NCBI GenBank assembly: GCA_964645485.1
Contig: CAZXZO010000008.1
Location: 1,674 to 36,359 of the forward strand
From: an uncultured Candidatus Poseidoniales archaeon
GTDB lineage: Archaea; Thermoplasmatota; Poseidoniia; Poseidoniales; Thalassarchaeaceae
Direction of reading: 5' to 3'
DNA: 34,686 bases
This document shows, piece after piece, positions 27,289 to 34,612 of the stretch. Each line of letters opens with the position of its first letter. Position 1 is the stretch's first letter. Both the position numbers and the translations under genes were made by a program. A model generated the notes under the pieces. The model ran no database searches. It saw only the letters and a list, made by a program, of their open reading frames with translations, and was not told the origin of the DNA.

Positions 27289-29139
27289 TTAATCCAATAA
27301 CGAAAACGAGAGAATCTTTGCAGCTGGAGTTCCTGCACTTGGTGAATAAAAGCCAGGGTCTTCTAATCTTGTTTTAGCCAAGTCATAAGCGGATTGGAAT
27401 ATTTGTTCTAAATTTGTTCCTACAATCTTTGACCACTGCTTTTCGAGTAACTCAAGAGTGGTTTCTTTCTGATCTTTTTCACCAAAATCAAAATCTGATA
27501 CCATTACCATAAATGTCTCTGCTGGTCCATTTGTAATATCCATGATTGAACCATGAACCTTGTAAGGTTCAATCTCTTCAATAACAGATTTTTGGCTCAA
27601 TGATTCTAGGCGTTCGTTGATATATCCCTCTGTTAAGTTATACTTTGGATTCTCGAAAGGTTGGGCTGCTAAATCTGGATTTAATATAATTAAAATGTCA
27701 TGCAATAATGTTGAACCATCTTCTTGATGGTACCTAAAGGGATTGTTCTCAGATCTAGCTAATGAATACAATGAACTATTGATGAATGGACGGAGAGCAA
27801 GGTTGGTTCTGTCAACATATCGACCATTTTGAATAGCCGATTTAAAACAAAGATGGTGCCATTGCATAGCGGCTTTTTCTTTCAGTTGTATTCCTAATTT
27901 AGATAGAGTTGTACTTATTTCTGTTCTAATTGATTTGAATCTACGGCGGGGGCGGATATGTAATATGTCAGTCAATTTTGTTTCAGAAAAGGTTCCCTTG
28001 ATGATTTCAGCACCATGCCCACCCATTTCAATTACCACTGGGCTAGGCCAATAAGAACGGTATAGGTACATCATGTCAAACAATCCCATACTTGCCAATA
28101 CCCAAAGACCGAAACTATTGGTAACTCGTATCGGAGATAGTCCTGTTTCCTCCTTTCTATCAAATGATTGATTGGAATTATTGAATTCAAAGTTGAATTT
28201 TTCTGCCAACTCGGTTACAATTTCAAAATCCTTTGAACGGGATGGATGAGTGCTTGATGTGATATCAACTCTATCCATCCATTTCGGATTCTTTAACAAA
28301 AGTGCCAGAAGTAATCTAGAATCAAGACCGCCTGATAATCCAAATTTTACTCGGACATCATCTAATTTCATAATTGCTGAAATTGACCCACGTAGTTGCC
28401 TAACTCCTTCAATTAATGCTTCTTCATAAGATAGATTACCATGTGTAAATAATGATTTAACATTACACTTAATTGTCTTCACAGCGGATGGTCTTAACAT
28501 CATAAATCGTTTAGAATCTAATTGTTTCAAATCTACTGAAATATGAGAACCGGGCGTAAGTAAATTAATTCCTTTCACCATTGTTTCATCTGACATTACT
28601 GCACAAGCAAGACCATGCGTCCATGCCCTTGAGTAAACTACGTTTTTATTCAAAGTACAGGGCAATCCCAAGGATTTCCTAATTTTTGATAAAACAAATA
28701 ATGAATCTGATGCTACCACTAAATTTGGCGTTGAAAAATAAACTACCGGAAAAAGAGAGAATAAATCATTTTGAATAAGCAACTTCTCTTCATCCCACGC
28801 TGATAAAACAAACGAACCCTCTACATTAAGTGGAGATGTTGTGAGTGTTTTTCCTTCATGTGAGATGCAATATTCACGGAACCCTTTAGCACCTAAGGAT
28901 ATGGATTTTTTATCATGATCATTTATCCACCCCTTAAAGAAAAAATTCTCTTTTCCTCCTAATTCATTATCAACACAATGAATGCTTTTTTCTTGGTTAC
29001 TTTGTTTCCTCTCTACAATCAGATATGATATTGATTCTGAATGTTTACCGATTGTACATTCATCTGAAATCATAGGTAAGGATGCTTGAATATTCTCAAT
29101 TATTGATGTCAAGCCCATAGCAAAGAGGTAGTTTGACAT
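27289..29139 (-). CDS. Asparagine-synthetase-like (AsnB/WbpS-type) ATP-dependent amide ligase
   Basis: GSFVL..W, NDLFSLFPVVY (RD.FG..PLY equivalent), LSGGLDSRLLLA PP-loop, GGHGAEIIKG; no N-terminal Cys. Confidence 0.75.
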   Translation of the reverse strand: MSNYLFAMGLTSIIENIQASLPMISDECTIGKHSESISYLIVERKQSNQEKSIHCVDNELGGKENFFFKGWINDHDKKSISLGAKGFREYCISHEGKTLTTSPLNVEGSFVLSAWDEEKLLIQNDLFSLFPVVYFSTPNLVVASDSLFVLSKIRKSLGLPCTLNKNVVYSRAWTHGLACAVMSDETMVKGINLLTPGSHISVDLKQLDSKRFMMLRPSAVKTIKCNVKSLFTHGNLSYEEALIEGVRQLRGSISAIMKLDDVRVKFGLSGGLDSRLLLALLLKNPKWMDRVDITSSTHPSRSKDFEIVTELAEKFNFEFNNSNQSFDRKEETGLSPIRVTNSFGLWVLASMGLFDMMYLYRSYWPSPVVIEMGGHGAEIIKGTFSETKLTDILHIRPRRRFKSIRTEISTTLSKLGIQLKEKAAMQWHHLCFKSAIQNGRYVDRTNLALRPFINSSLYSLARSENNPFRYHQEDGSTLLHDILIILNPDLAAQPFENPKYNLTEGYINERLESLSQKSVIEEIEPYKVHGSIMDITNGPAETFMVMVSDFDFGEKDQKETTLELLEKQWSKIVGTNLEQIFQSAYDLAKTRLEDPGFYSPSAGTPAAKILSFSLLD

Positions 29140-29149
29140 CACTTGATGC

Positions 29150-29165
29150 TAACCGATGTCGGTTA
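29150..29165. promoter_or_regulatory. Inverted repeat TAACCGA-TG-TCGGTTA in the divergent asnB-like/terB intergenic region (operator candidate)
   Basis: Perfect 7-bp arms with 2-nt spacer read directly from the sequence; function inferred from position only. Confidence 0.4.
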
Positions 29166-29210
29166 TTGAACAATCGTAGGGTTGTTATCCCTGCTCCTTA
29201 TCCCAAGTCC

Positions 29211-29636
29211 ATGCTCCCGGACACCTTGCACGAATTACCCCGCGAAGAACGGTTTGCTTATGCGAAATTACTCGCATACATGATTCAGATTGATGATGAA
29301 GTTACAATTGACGAAATGACCGTCTTTGAACAGCGCCTCGGTACAGCACTTCTCTCACCTGGACAGCGGAAGGAAATCCGCACATATCTCAAAAACCCAC
29401 CAACTCTAGAAGAGTGTTTGGATGAACTTGGGAAGAAGTCTGGAAGGTTGGCTTTACGTGATGCGGCTTTGATGACTGCGGCTGATGGAAGCATTGACGA
29501 AAAAGAACAAATTGCTTTGGAACAAATTGCTAATCATCTCAATTTAGACGAAGGAATAATTGATCGATTACTTGACTGGGTTATGGCTGGATTTGATTGG
29601 ATGCAAGATGGCCTTGACTTACTAAATGTTGAATGA
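29211..29636 (+). CDS. TerB-like (tellurite-resistance B fold) protein, copy 1
   Basis: IDDEVTIDE and AADGSIDEKEQIALEQIA TerB-type acidic motifs. ATG 29211 aligns with the MLPD start of copy 2. Confidence 0.8.
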   Translation: MLPDTLHELPREERFAYAKLLAYMIQIDDEVTIDEMTVFEQRLGTALLSPGQRKEIRTYLKNPPTLEECLDELGKKSGRLALRDAALMTAADGSIDEKEQIALEQIANHLNLDEGIIDRLLDWVMAGFDWMQDGLDLLNVE

Positions 29637-29645
29637 GGTGTAGAA

Positions 29646-30110
29646 ATGAGTGGCATGCTGCCTGATGCCATTGACATGCTTTCACCATCTGAAAAAGAAG
29701 TCTATATTGAACTTCTAACTATTGTAGCAAACTCAGATGGTGCACTCGTCCGTGAAGAGATGGCTGCATTGGAAGCATTCATGGGAAGAGCATTGTTGAA
29801 GCCGGAAGTCCGGGAAGAAACAAGGAAAAAATTGCGCCAAACCGGTGATTTAGAAAAAGCATTGGAGAAAGCAACTGTTGAAACTCTGAAAGTTGCACTT
29901 CGTGACTCTGTATTACTTGCCGCGGCTGATGGAGAATATCATCCTGCAGAAGTACTAGCCTTGGAACGTATTGCTGATGCTGCTGGGGTCGGTATAGAGG
30001 GGCTTGACCAATTATACGATTGGGTCACAGAGGGCTGGCTTTGGCTTGCCAAAGGACGTGACTTAGTTGATATGGGAATTGCTGGAGATGAACTCTTAAC
30101 AGATGAGTGA
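29646..30110 (+). CDS. TerB-like protein, copy 2
   Basis: SDGALVREE and AADGEYHPAEVLALERIA; GAGGTG SD overlapping the upstream stop. Confidence 0.8.
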   Translation: MSGMLPDAIDMLSPSEKEVYIELLTIVANSDGALVREEMAALEAFMGRALLKPEVREETRKKLRQTGDLEKALEKATVETLKVALRDSVLLAAADGEYHPAEVLALERIADAAGVGIEGLDQLYDWVTEGWLWLAKGRDLVDMGIAGDELLTDE

Positions 30111-30140
30111 TTAAATTCGTTTTCAGCATCTGAAATTGGG

Positions 30141-30171
30141 AACGAAATACAGCCGCTTCTAACGAAATACA
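30141..30171. repeat. Direct repeat AACGAAATACA x2 with 20-bp period
   Basis: Exact copies at 30141-30151 and 30161-30171 in the longest intergenic region of the window. Confidence 0.7.
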
Positions 30172-30270
30172 ATTGGATTTCGCTCGTTGAATTTGAGATG
30201 AAATTCGCGTCTCGGCTCGTTTATAGGTGGGTTGTTCTCCGTATTCCGGAATCTAATTGGCTGGAACAGG

Positions 30271-30350
30271 TATTAAGGGTATCACCGCCCTCGTATAGGT
30301 TAGCGGCGTAGGAACATCGACGGATGCTACACAGAAAGGTGAACGAATAA
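30271..30350 (+). promoter_or_regulatory. Putative TATA box, structured 5' leader and SD for the NTPase operon
   Basis: TATTAAGG at 30271; hairpin GTAG-GAA-CATC-GACG-GATG-CTAC at 30308-30330; AGGTGA at 30337-30342, 8 nt before the ATG. Confidence 0.4.
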
Positions 30351-30935
30351 ATGGGGCTGCATCCAAAAATTGGTATCACTGGATTACCGCGTTCTGGCAA
30401 AAGTGCGGTGATGGAAAAAGTCGTTCAAATGCTAGAAAGTGAACGTTCCTCTGAACTACTTGGTAGAGGTGAGGATTCTAGTAATCATAGAATCATAGGT
30501 GGTATGAAAACAATACCAAAAATGGATGGCACTTCCCGCATAGGATATTCTTGTATGAATATACAAACAGGTGAAGAGGCAATAATGGCTCACAAAGATA
30601 TTGATTCAAGAAATAGGGTTCTTGGGCTTGGAATTAATCCTCAAGCTCTTGATGATGTCGCGGTCCCTGCAATTCAAGATGCTATCGACAATTATGAGGT
30701 AATTGTGATTGATGAAATTGGAAAATTTTCTGTCGAGTCTGAGGCATTTGTGGAAATTGTAAAAGAAGCAATTGAAGTAGACAAACCGACTATTTTGACC
30801 TTACACAAAAAAAGTCGACATCCTTTGCTACAAGACATCCGAAGAAGAGATGATGCGAGGGTGCTAGAAGTTACTCCAGTTAATCGTGCATTATTACCAT
30901 ACAAAATCCACAAGATTGTTCGCGAAACATTCTGA
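30351..30935 (+). CDS. THEP1/COG1618-type nucleoside triphosphatase
   Basis: KIGITGLPRSGKS Walker A, IIGGMKT, VIVIDEIGKFSVES Walker B, typical C-terminal NR..L. Confidence 0.9.
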   Translation: MGLHPKIGITGLPRSGKSAVMEKVVQMLESERSSELLGRGEDSSNHRIIGGMKTIPKMDGTSRIGYSCMNIQTGEEAIMAHKDIDSRNRVLGLGINPQALDDVAVPAIQDAIDNYEVIVIDEIGKFSVESEAFVEIVKEAIEVDKPTILTLHKKSRHPLLQDIRRRDDARVLEVTPVNRALLPYKIHKIVRETF

Positions 30936-30945
30936 TGGGGTTGCA

Positions 30946-32334
30946 ATGGATTTTAGTCGGCAAAGGCAGCAAACTGCTGATATTATACATACTCGTTGTC
31001 TAGAGATGTTGAATGATTTAATGGTGATATCTGTACTAGATTGGCCGTTGCCTCCGCCCCCAATAGTTGATTCTGAATTACCTTTGATTGAGCCTGAATC
31101 AAGTACTCAAGTAATTGAGCAAGTTGAAGGTTTGTTCAAAGTCGACCGTGCCAAATTCAACAGTTTACTTGACGAATGCAGAGAGTCAATGATTCCTCAT
31201 CGTCTCTCCCTAACCTCTGACCCTGACAGAGAAGGAGAAAAGTGGTTACTTCGAAGGCTCGTTGAAGTTACAAGAAGAATTCTTTTTGGTGTCTGTGAAG
31301 GTTGGTTGGCAATGGCTCTAGATAGAGACGCGCCAGATGTTACTCGCTGGTATACTGGGATTGCTCTAGCCAATGGATTGTGCATTCAAGGAGATGGGTT
31401 GGCTGAAAATCGTGGATACCACATCCTAGAGAGTGTTGCTATGACAAGCCAGCCTGGAAGGTGGCCTAGTCGGCCACTTTCTGGCCCACATCAACTGGAT
31501 TGGAATCAACAACAACCTCTTGATATCGCTATTGATGAAGAATCGGGTGGAATTGATGCCGCTCACTGGTTACTCGATTCACTAGAACAAGGTAACGATG
31601 AGAGAAAGGTACTGTTAGTCAAATGGATGCGTTTGATGTTGGAGCGACCAATTCTAGTTGAAAAGATGGCTTTGCCAAATAGGTTTGAACAGATGGTTCG
31701 CTCTCAACCCGAATTAGTTGCTGCTGAATTAGTATCATGTGTGCCAAGATTGTTAGAAGTAAATACAGAATCTGGATTAATGGTGTTAACTGCACTACAA
31801 ACAAGGTTAGAATCTCGCGTCAGCATCGCACTTGCAGACATACTTCCTCATCTCCTTAGGGCTTCATTAGATGTTGGATTAGCATCTCTAGATCAACTCG
31901 CTGACTCAGAGGATTCAGGCGCACGTTCAGCAGCTACAGCCGCACTCAAAGAGTTAGCAACTATTGATTCCGCGGCTTTCCTAAGCCGAATAAAAAAATC
32001 TGCAACTGATGAAGACCCGGGCATCCGCCGTCTTTTCATACAAACTTGCATTCGAGATTACCTCGAATTGGACCGGGTTGATTCACAGGATATTTTCGTC
32101 CCCTTATGGCTTGAGAATGATGAAGTTGCAGGAGTAAGAATGAGAGAATTATTACTACGGATGCAAGATGTTGATACCGAATCATTTGCTGTGATTGGGG
32201 AAATGATACACAACAAATCTGCAAATTCACTTGACAAATTTTGGTCAGTATTAGAAGTTAGAAATCCTGAGAGAGCAGAGGCTTGGAAAGCACATATTAT
32301 CGGTACTGGACCCATCCCTAGACCCCTCAATTGA
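30946..32334 (+). CDS. Hypothetical all-helical protein with C-terminal HEAT-like repeats
   Basis: LADSEDSGARSAATAALKEL and ATDEDPGIRRLF are HEAT-type repeats. ATG 30946 follows the NTPase stop by 10 nt. Confidence 0.68.
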   Translation: MDFSRQRQQTADIIHTRCLEMLNDLMVISVLDWPLPPPPIVDSELPLIEPESSTQVIEQVEGLFKVDRAKFNSLLDECRESMIPHRLSLTSDPDREGEKWLLRRLVEVTRRILFGVCEGWLAMALDRDAPDVTRWYTGIALANGLCIQGDGLAENRGYHILESVAMTSQPGRWPSRPLSGPHQLDWNQQQPLDIAIDEESGGIDAAHWLLDSLEQGNDERKVLLVKWMRLMLERPILVEKMALPNRFEQMVRSQPELVAAELVSCVPRLLEVNTESGLMVLTALQTRLESRVSIALADILPHLLRASLDVGLASLDQLADSEDSGARSAATAALKELATIDSAAFLSRIKKSATDEDPGIRRLFIQTCIRDYLELDRVDSQDIFVPLWLENDEVAGVRMRELLLRMQDVDTESFAVIGEMIHNKSANSLDKFWSVLEVRNPERAEAWKAHIIGTGPIPRPLN

Positions 32335-32359
32335 AGCGCAAAGAGGTTGTCGGATAACT

Positions 32360-32785
32360 ATGGGCAAAGAGCCGGAATGGCGTTGGCAACTTGTTGTCGG
32401 ACTCATCTGTGTAGCACAATCCTTCGTTGAATGGAATACACCTGAAGGTCCTTGGCAAGAACAAACTTTCACTCGCGGAGTTATTGCCTTAGTTGGTCTT
32501 GGTTTTGTCTATGTTGCAAAATACCGATGGCAATTCCGTACGGAAGGTTTGATTCCCTATCTCAAAATTTACCGTTGTGAACCACAACAAATTGCTATTA
32601 TTTCTGCTGTTGAGGGTGTCGCCGCAATCGGCCTGATTTTACTCTTGAATACTCTATCAGAAAATGGTTTATTCGTACCGGTACCAACATCACTTATTCT
32701 TCTGCTGTATGCTATGCTAATGTTTTTGCACGCTGCTTATGCTTGGTTAGTGATTAAAGGACCACTAAGAGATGAAGAGGAATAA
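32360..32785 (+). CDS. Hypothetical 4-TM membrane protein
   Basis: Four hydrophobic segments; co-oriented with the upstream genes; stop abuts the convergent RNase H gene. Confidence 0.7.
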   Translation: MGKEPEWRWQLVVGLICVAQSFVEWNTPEGPWQEQTFTRGVIALVGLGFVYVAKYRWQFRTEGLIPYLKIYRCEPQQIAIISAVEGVAAIGLILLLNTLSENGLFVPVPTSLILLLYAMLMFLHAAYAWLVIKGPLRDEEE

Positions 32786-33337
32786 TCACCTTTGGCCAGG
32801 TTTCCAAAACTCAAGGGGAAGAGGTTGTTCTCCCTGCATTGCCCGAAAGGCAAGATGGTCTGCACGTTCATTCCAGCGATGACCTCGGTGGGCTCTAATC
32901 CACTCACCAGTTAGCGGGCGCATTGAAGAAACTTCACTCCAAAGAGATTGAACGCGCTGTGCGAGGATTTTGTTGGCTTTTGCCCGCCAATTATTTTGTG
33001 CTATTTCCAAAGCATATTGTGAGTCACCTCTGATTATTATTTTTGAGCGTCCTGAATGGACAAGAAGCCAGCGTAATGCATGGGCAATTGCACTTAATTC
33101 GGCGGTATTGTTTGAGCCGACTTCAGCGCCGAAGTATTCCTGTGCATTGGGATCAGTGATTACCAAACCACTGATTTCTGTTTCTACCACCCCTGTCCCG
33201 TTACCGCGTTGATTGTCACCAATGACTATGACTGCCCCCCATCCAGCAGGGGTTTCAGAAGTCACATTTTGATTATCTTGACAAGATCCGTCCACATAGA
33301 TTGTCAATTCTGCCTCGTTTGATGAGGCATCGGACAA
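32786..33337 (-). CDS. rnhA: Ribonuclease HI (type 1 RNase H)
   Basis: DEDD set: YVDGS, NNTAELSA, GDSQYA, HRGHRWNERADHLA; TTG start. Confidence 0.9.
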   Translation of the reverse strand: MSDASSNEAELTIYVDGSCQDNQNVTSETPAGWGAVIVIGDNQRGNGTGVVETEISGLVITDPNAQEYFGAEVGSNNTAELSAIAHALRWLLVHSGRSKIIIRGDSQYALEIAQNNWRAKANKILAQRVQSLWSEVSSMRPLTGEWIRAHRGHRWNERADHLAFRAMQGEQPLPLEFWKPGQR

Positions 33338-33343
33338 GTGAAC

Positions 33344-33730
33344 TCACTCTCCAATCTGTTCAAGATAGGTAGAGGCGCTCAGCATCTTTTCTAACACGGA
33401 AGCATCTGGCATAGTTATTCGAGCTATCCATCCTTCGCCATAAGGGTCTTCGTTGATTAATTCAGGAGCGTCATCCAACGCCTCGTTGATTGCACAAATC
33501 TTTCCAGCAAGTGGTGAATAAATTGCTGATACACTCTTGACAGACTCAACGCTTGCAAACTCTTCCATATCTCCAACTTCCATTCCTTCTTCGGGAAGTT
33601 CAACATACACAATATCGGTCAATGCATCTTGAGCATAATCAGTAATTCCAACAACCACTTCATCCCCTTCAACTCTTAACCATTCATGCTCTTCAGTATA
33701 ATACAGTTCTTCGGGTGCATCACTCATCAT
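33344..33730 (-). CDS. gcvH: Glycine cleavage system H protein
   Basis: YTEEHEW, VGITDYAQDALTDIVYVELP, lipoyl site VESVKSVSAIYSP, INEDPYGEGW. Confidence 0.96.
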   Translation of the reverse strand: MMSDAPEELYYTEEHEWLRVEGDEVVVGITDYAQDALTDIVYVELPEEGMEVGDMEEFASVESVKSVSAIYSPLAGKICAINEALDDAPELINEDPYGEGWIARITMPDASVLEKMLSASTYLEQIGE

Positions 33731-33784
33731 CTCACCTAGTCATTCCGAGGGCTACTAAGATGACTATATTTGCGTTCCCCAACG

Positions 33785-34204
33785 TCACTCTTCTTCTTCA
33801 ACTTTAGAACTTAGAAGTCCTTGTTCTAGATTAGCCCAAGCACCTGAAAGGTCATCCTCGTCCTGTGAATCAGAGAGTTCGCCAACCATACGTTCACGTT
33901 GTGCAGAAGGTCCTTCAAGAGGAAATAGGTGGAGAAGTGGGGATTTTACTCCTTTTGTGATTCCCAGATGAATGAGTAGACCCGCCAATAATGTGATTGC
34001 TGTGAAAGCAGGTACAAGCCAAGAAATTTCGGTGCCAGCAGTGCATTCAACAGCATTTTCAGCACAAACAGCGGGTGGTAATCTACCATCAATTAATGCA
34101 AATGCTGTAGCCATTAACAATGCCAAGCCGAGTCCAAAAAGAAGACGGCGCGCGGTGTAGGCTGGTGCCTCCATAGTATTCACGACTCGGGCATAACCCA
34201 TCAA
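33785..34204 (-). CDS. Hypothetical 2-TM membrane protein with acidic tail
   Basis: Two hydrophobic helices flanking a short C-x5-C loop (VCAENAVEC); acidic C-terminus. Confidence 0.65.
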   Translation of the reverse strand: MMGYARVVNTMEAPAYTARRLLFGLGLALLMATAFALIDGRLPPAVCAENAVECTAGTEISWLVPAFTAITLLAGLLIHLGITKGVKSPLLHLFPLEGPSAQRERMVGELSDSQDEDDLSGAWANLEQGLLSSKVEEEE

Positions 34205-34281
34205 ATAGGCGGCTGATTGTATTCGAAAATCGTTCAGATTGACTTGCTATTTCTCTTCCTAAACTATGCTGATTGAATAAA

Positions 34282-34602
34282 TCAAAGGATGCTTTCGTAA
34301 GACGTACACACCCATTCTTTGAGAATTTCCTCATCTCCATCAATACTTTCTGGAACCAGCACCCAATGCTTGGTGGTTCGCCCCCCGGGAGTCCACCGAT
34401 TCGAACCGTTTTGTGAAATGCGTTCATCAAATTCTTTCGTTTCAACGAATTTTAACCCGATTCGCCCCTCTTTCCAAATTAGACCAAAGATACTGCCCTG
34501 TCGAAATACAGCATCACAGCCAAACATCCGTTTCCAACTAATTTCTGATAAACCAATTACGGCTTGCTCAAGCGCATCACGGAGAATATCCGTGTCTTTC
34601 AT
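34282..34602 (-). CDS. TfoX/Sxy N-terminal-domain family protein
   Basis: KRMFGCDAVF, IFGL, HWVLVP, LKEWV..SY pattern typical of stand-alone TfoX_N proteins; SD-like GAGGA overlapping the upstream stop. Confidence 0.8.
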   Translation of the reverse strand: MKDTDILRDALEQAVIGLSEISWKRMFGCDAVFRQGSIFGLIWKEGRIGLKFVETKEFDERISQNGSNRWTPGGRTTKHWVLVPESIDGDEEILKEWVCTSYESIL

Positions 34603-34612
34603 CTGAATATCC

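Larger units (their letters stand above)
13909..29142. other. Surface polysaccharide/glycosylation gene island (about 15 kb, 12 genes)
   Basis: Contiguous nucleotide-sugar, GT, ABC-export and modification genes; several segments visibly more AT-rich than the flanks; no integrase or tRNA at the borders. Confidence 0.85.

Noticed and set aside
27281-27296. Convergent genes abutting with zero gap at TTAATTAA (also at 32785/32786)
   Set aside because: Explained by back-to-back stop codons in a streamlined genome; no evidence of an insertion scar.
29211-30110. Complete tellurite-resistance (ter) operon
   Set aside because: Only TerB-fold genes are present; no terA, C, D, E or Z, so tellurite resistance is not supported.
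33737-33766. Inverted repeat TAGTCAT-N16-ATGACTA upstream of gcvH
   Set aside because: 7-bp arms with a long spacer are expected by chance in 35 kb; no second instance noticed.
34385-34425. GGTTCGAATC on the minus strand, resembling a tRNA T-loop
   Set aside because: Flanks do not form a 5-bp T-stem, no cloverleaf is present, and it lies in the TfoX-N coding frame (NGSNR).
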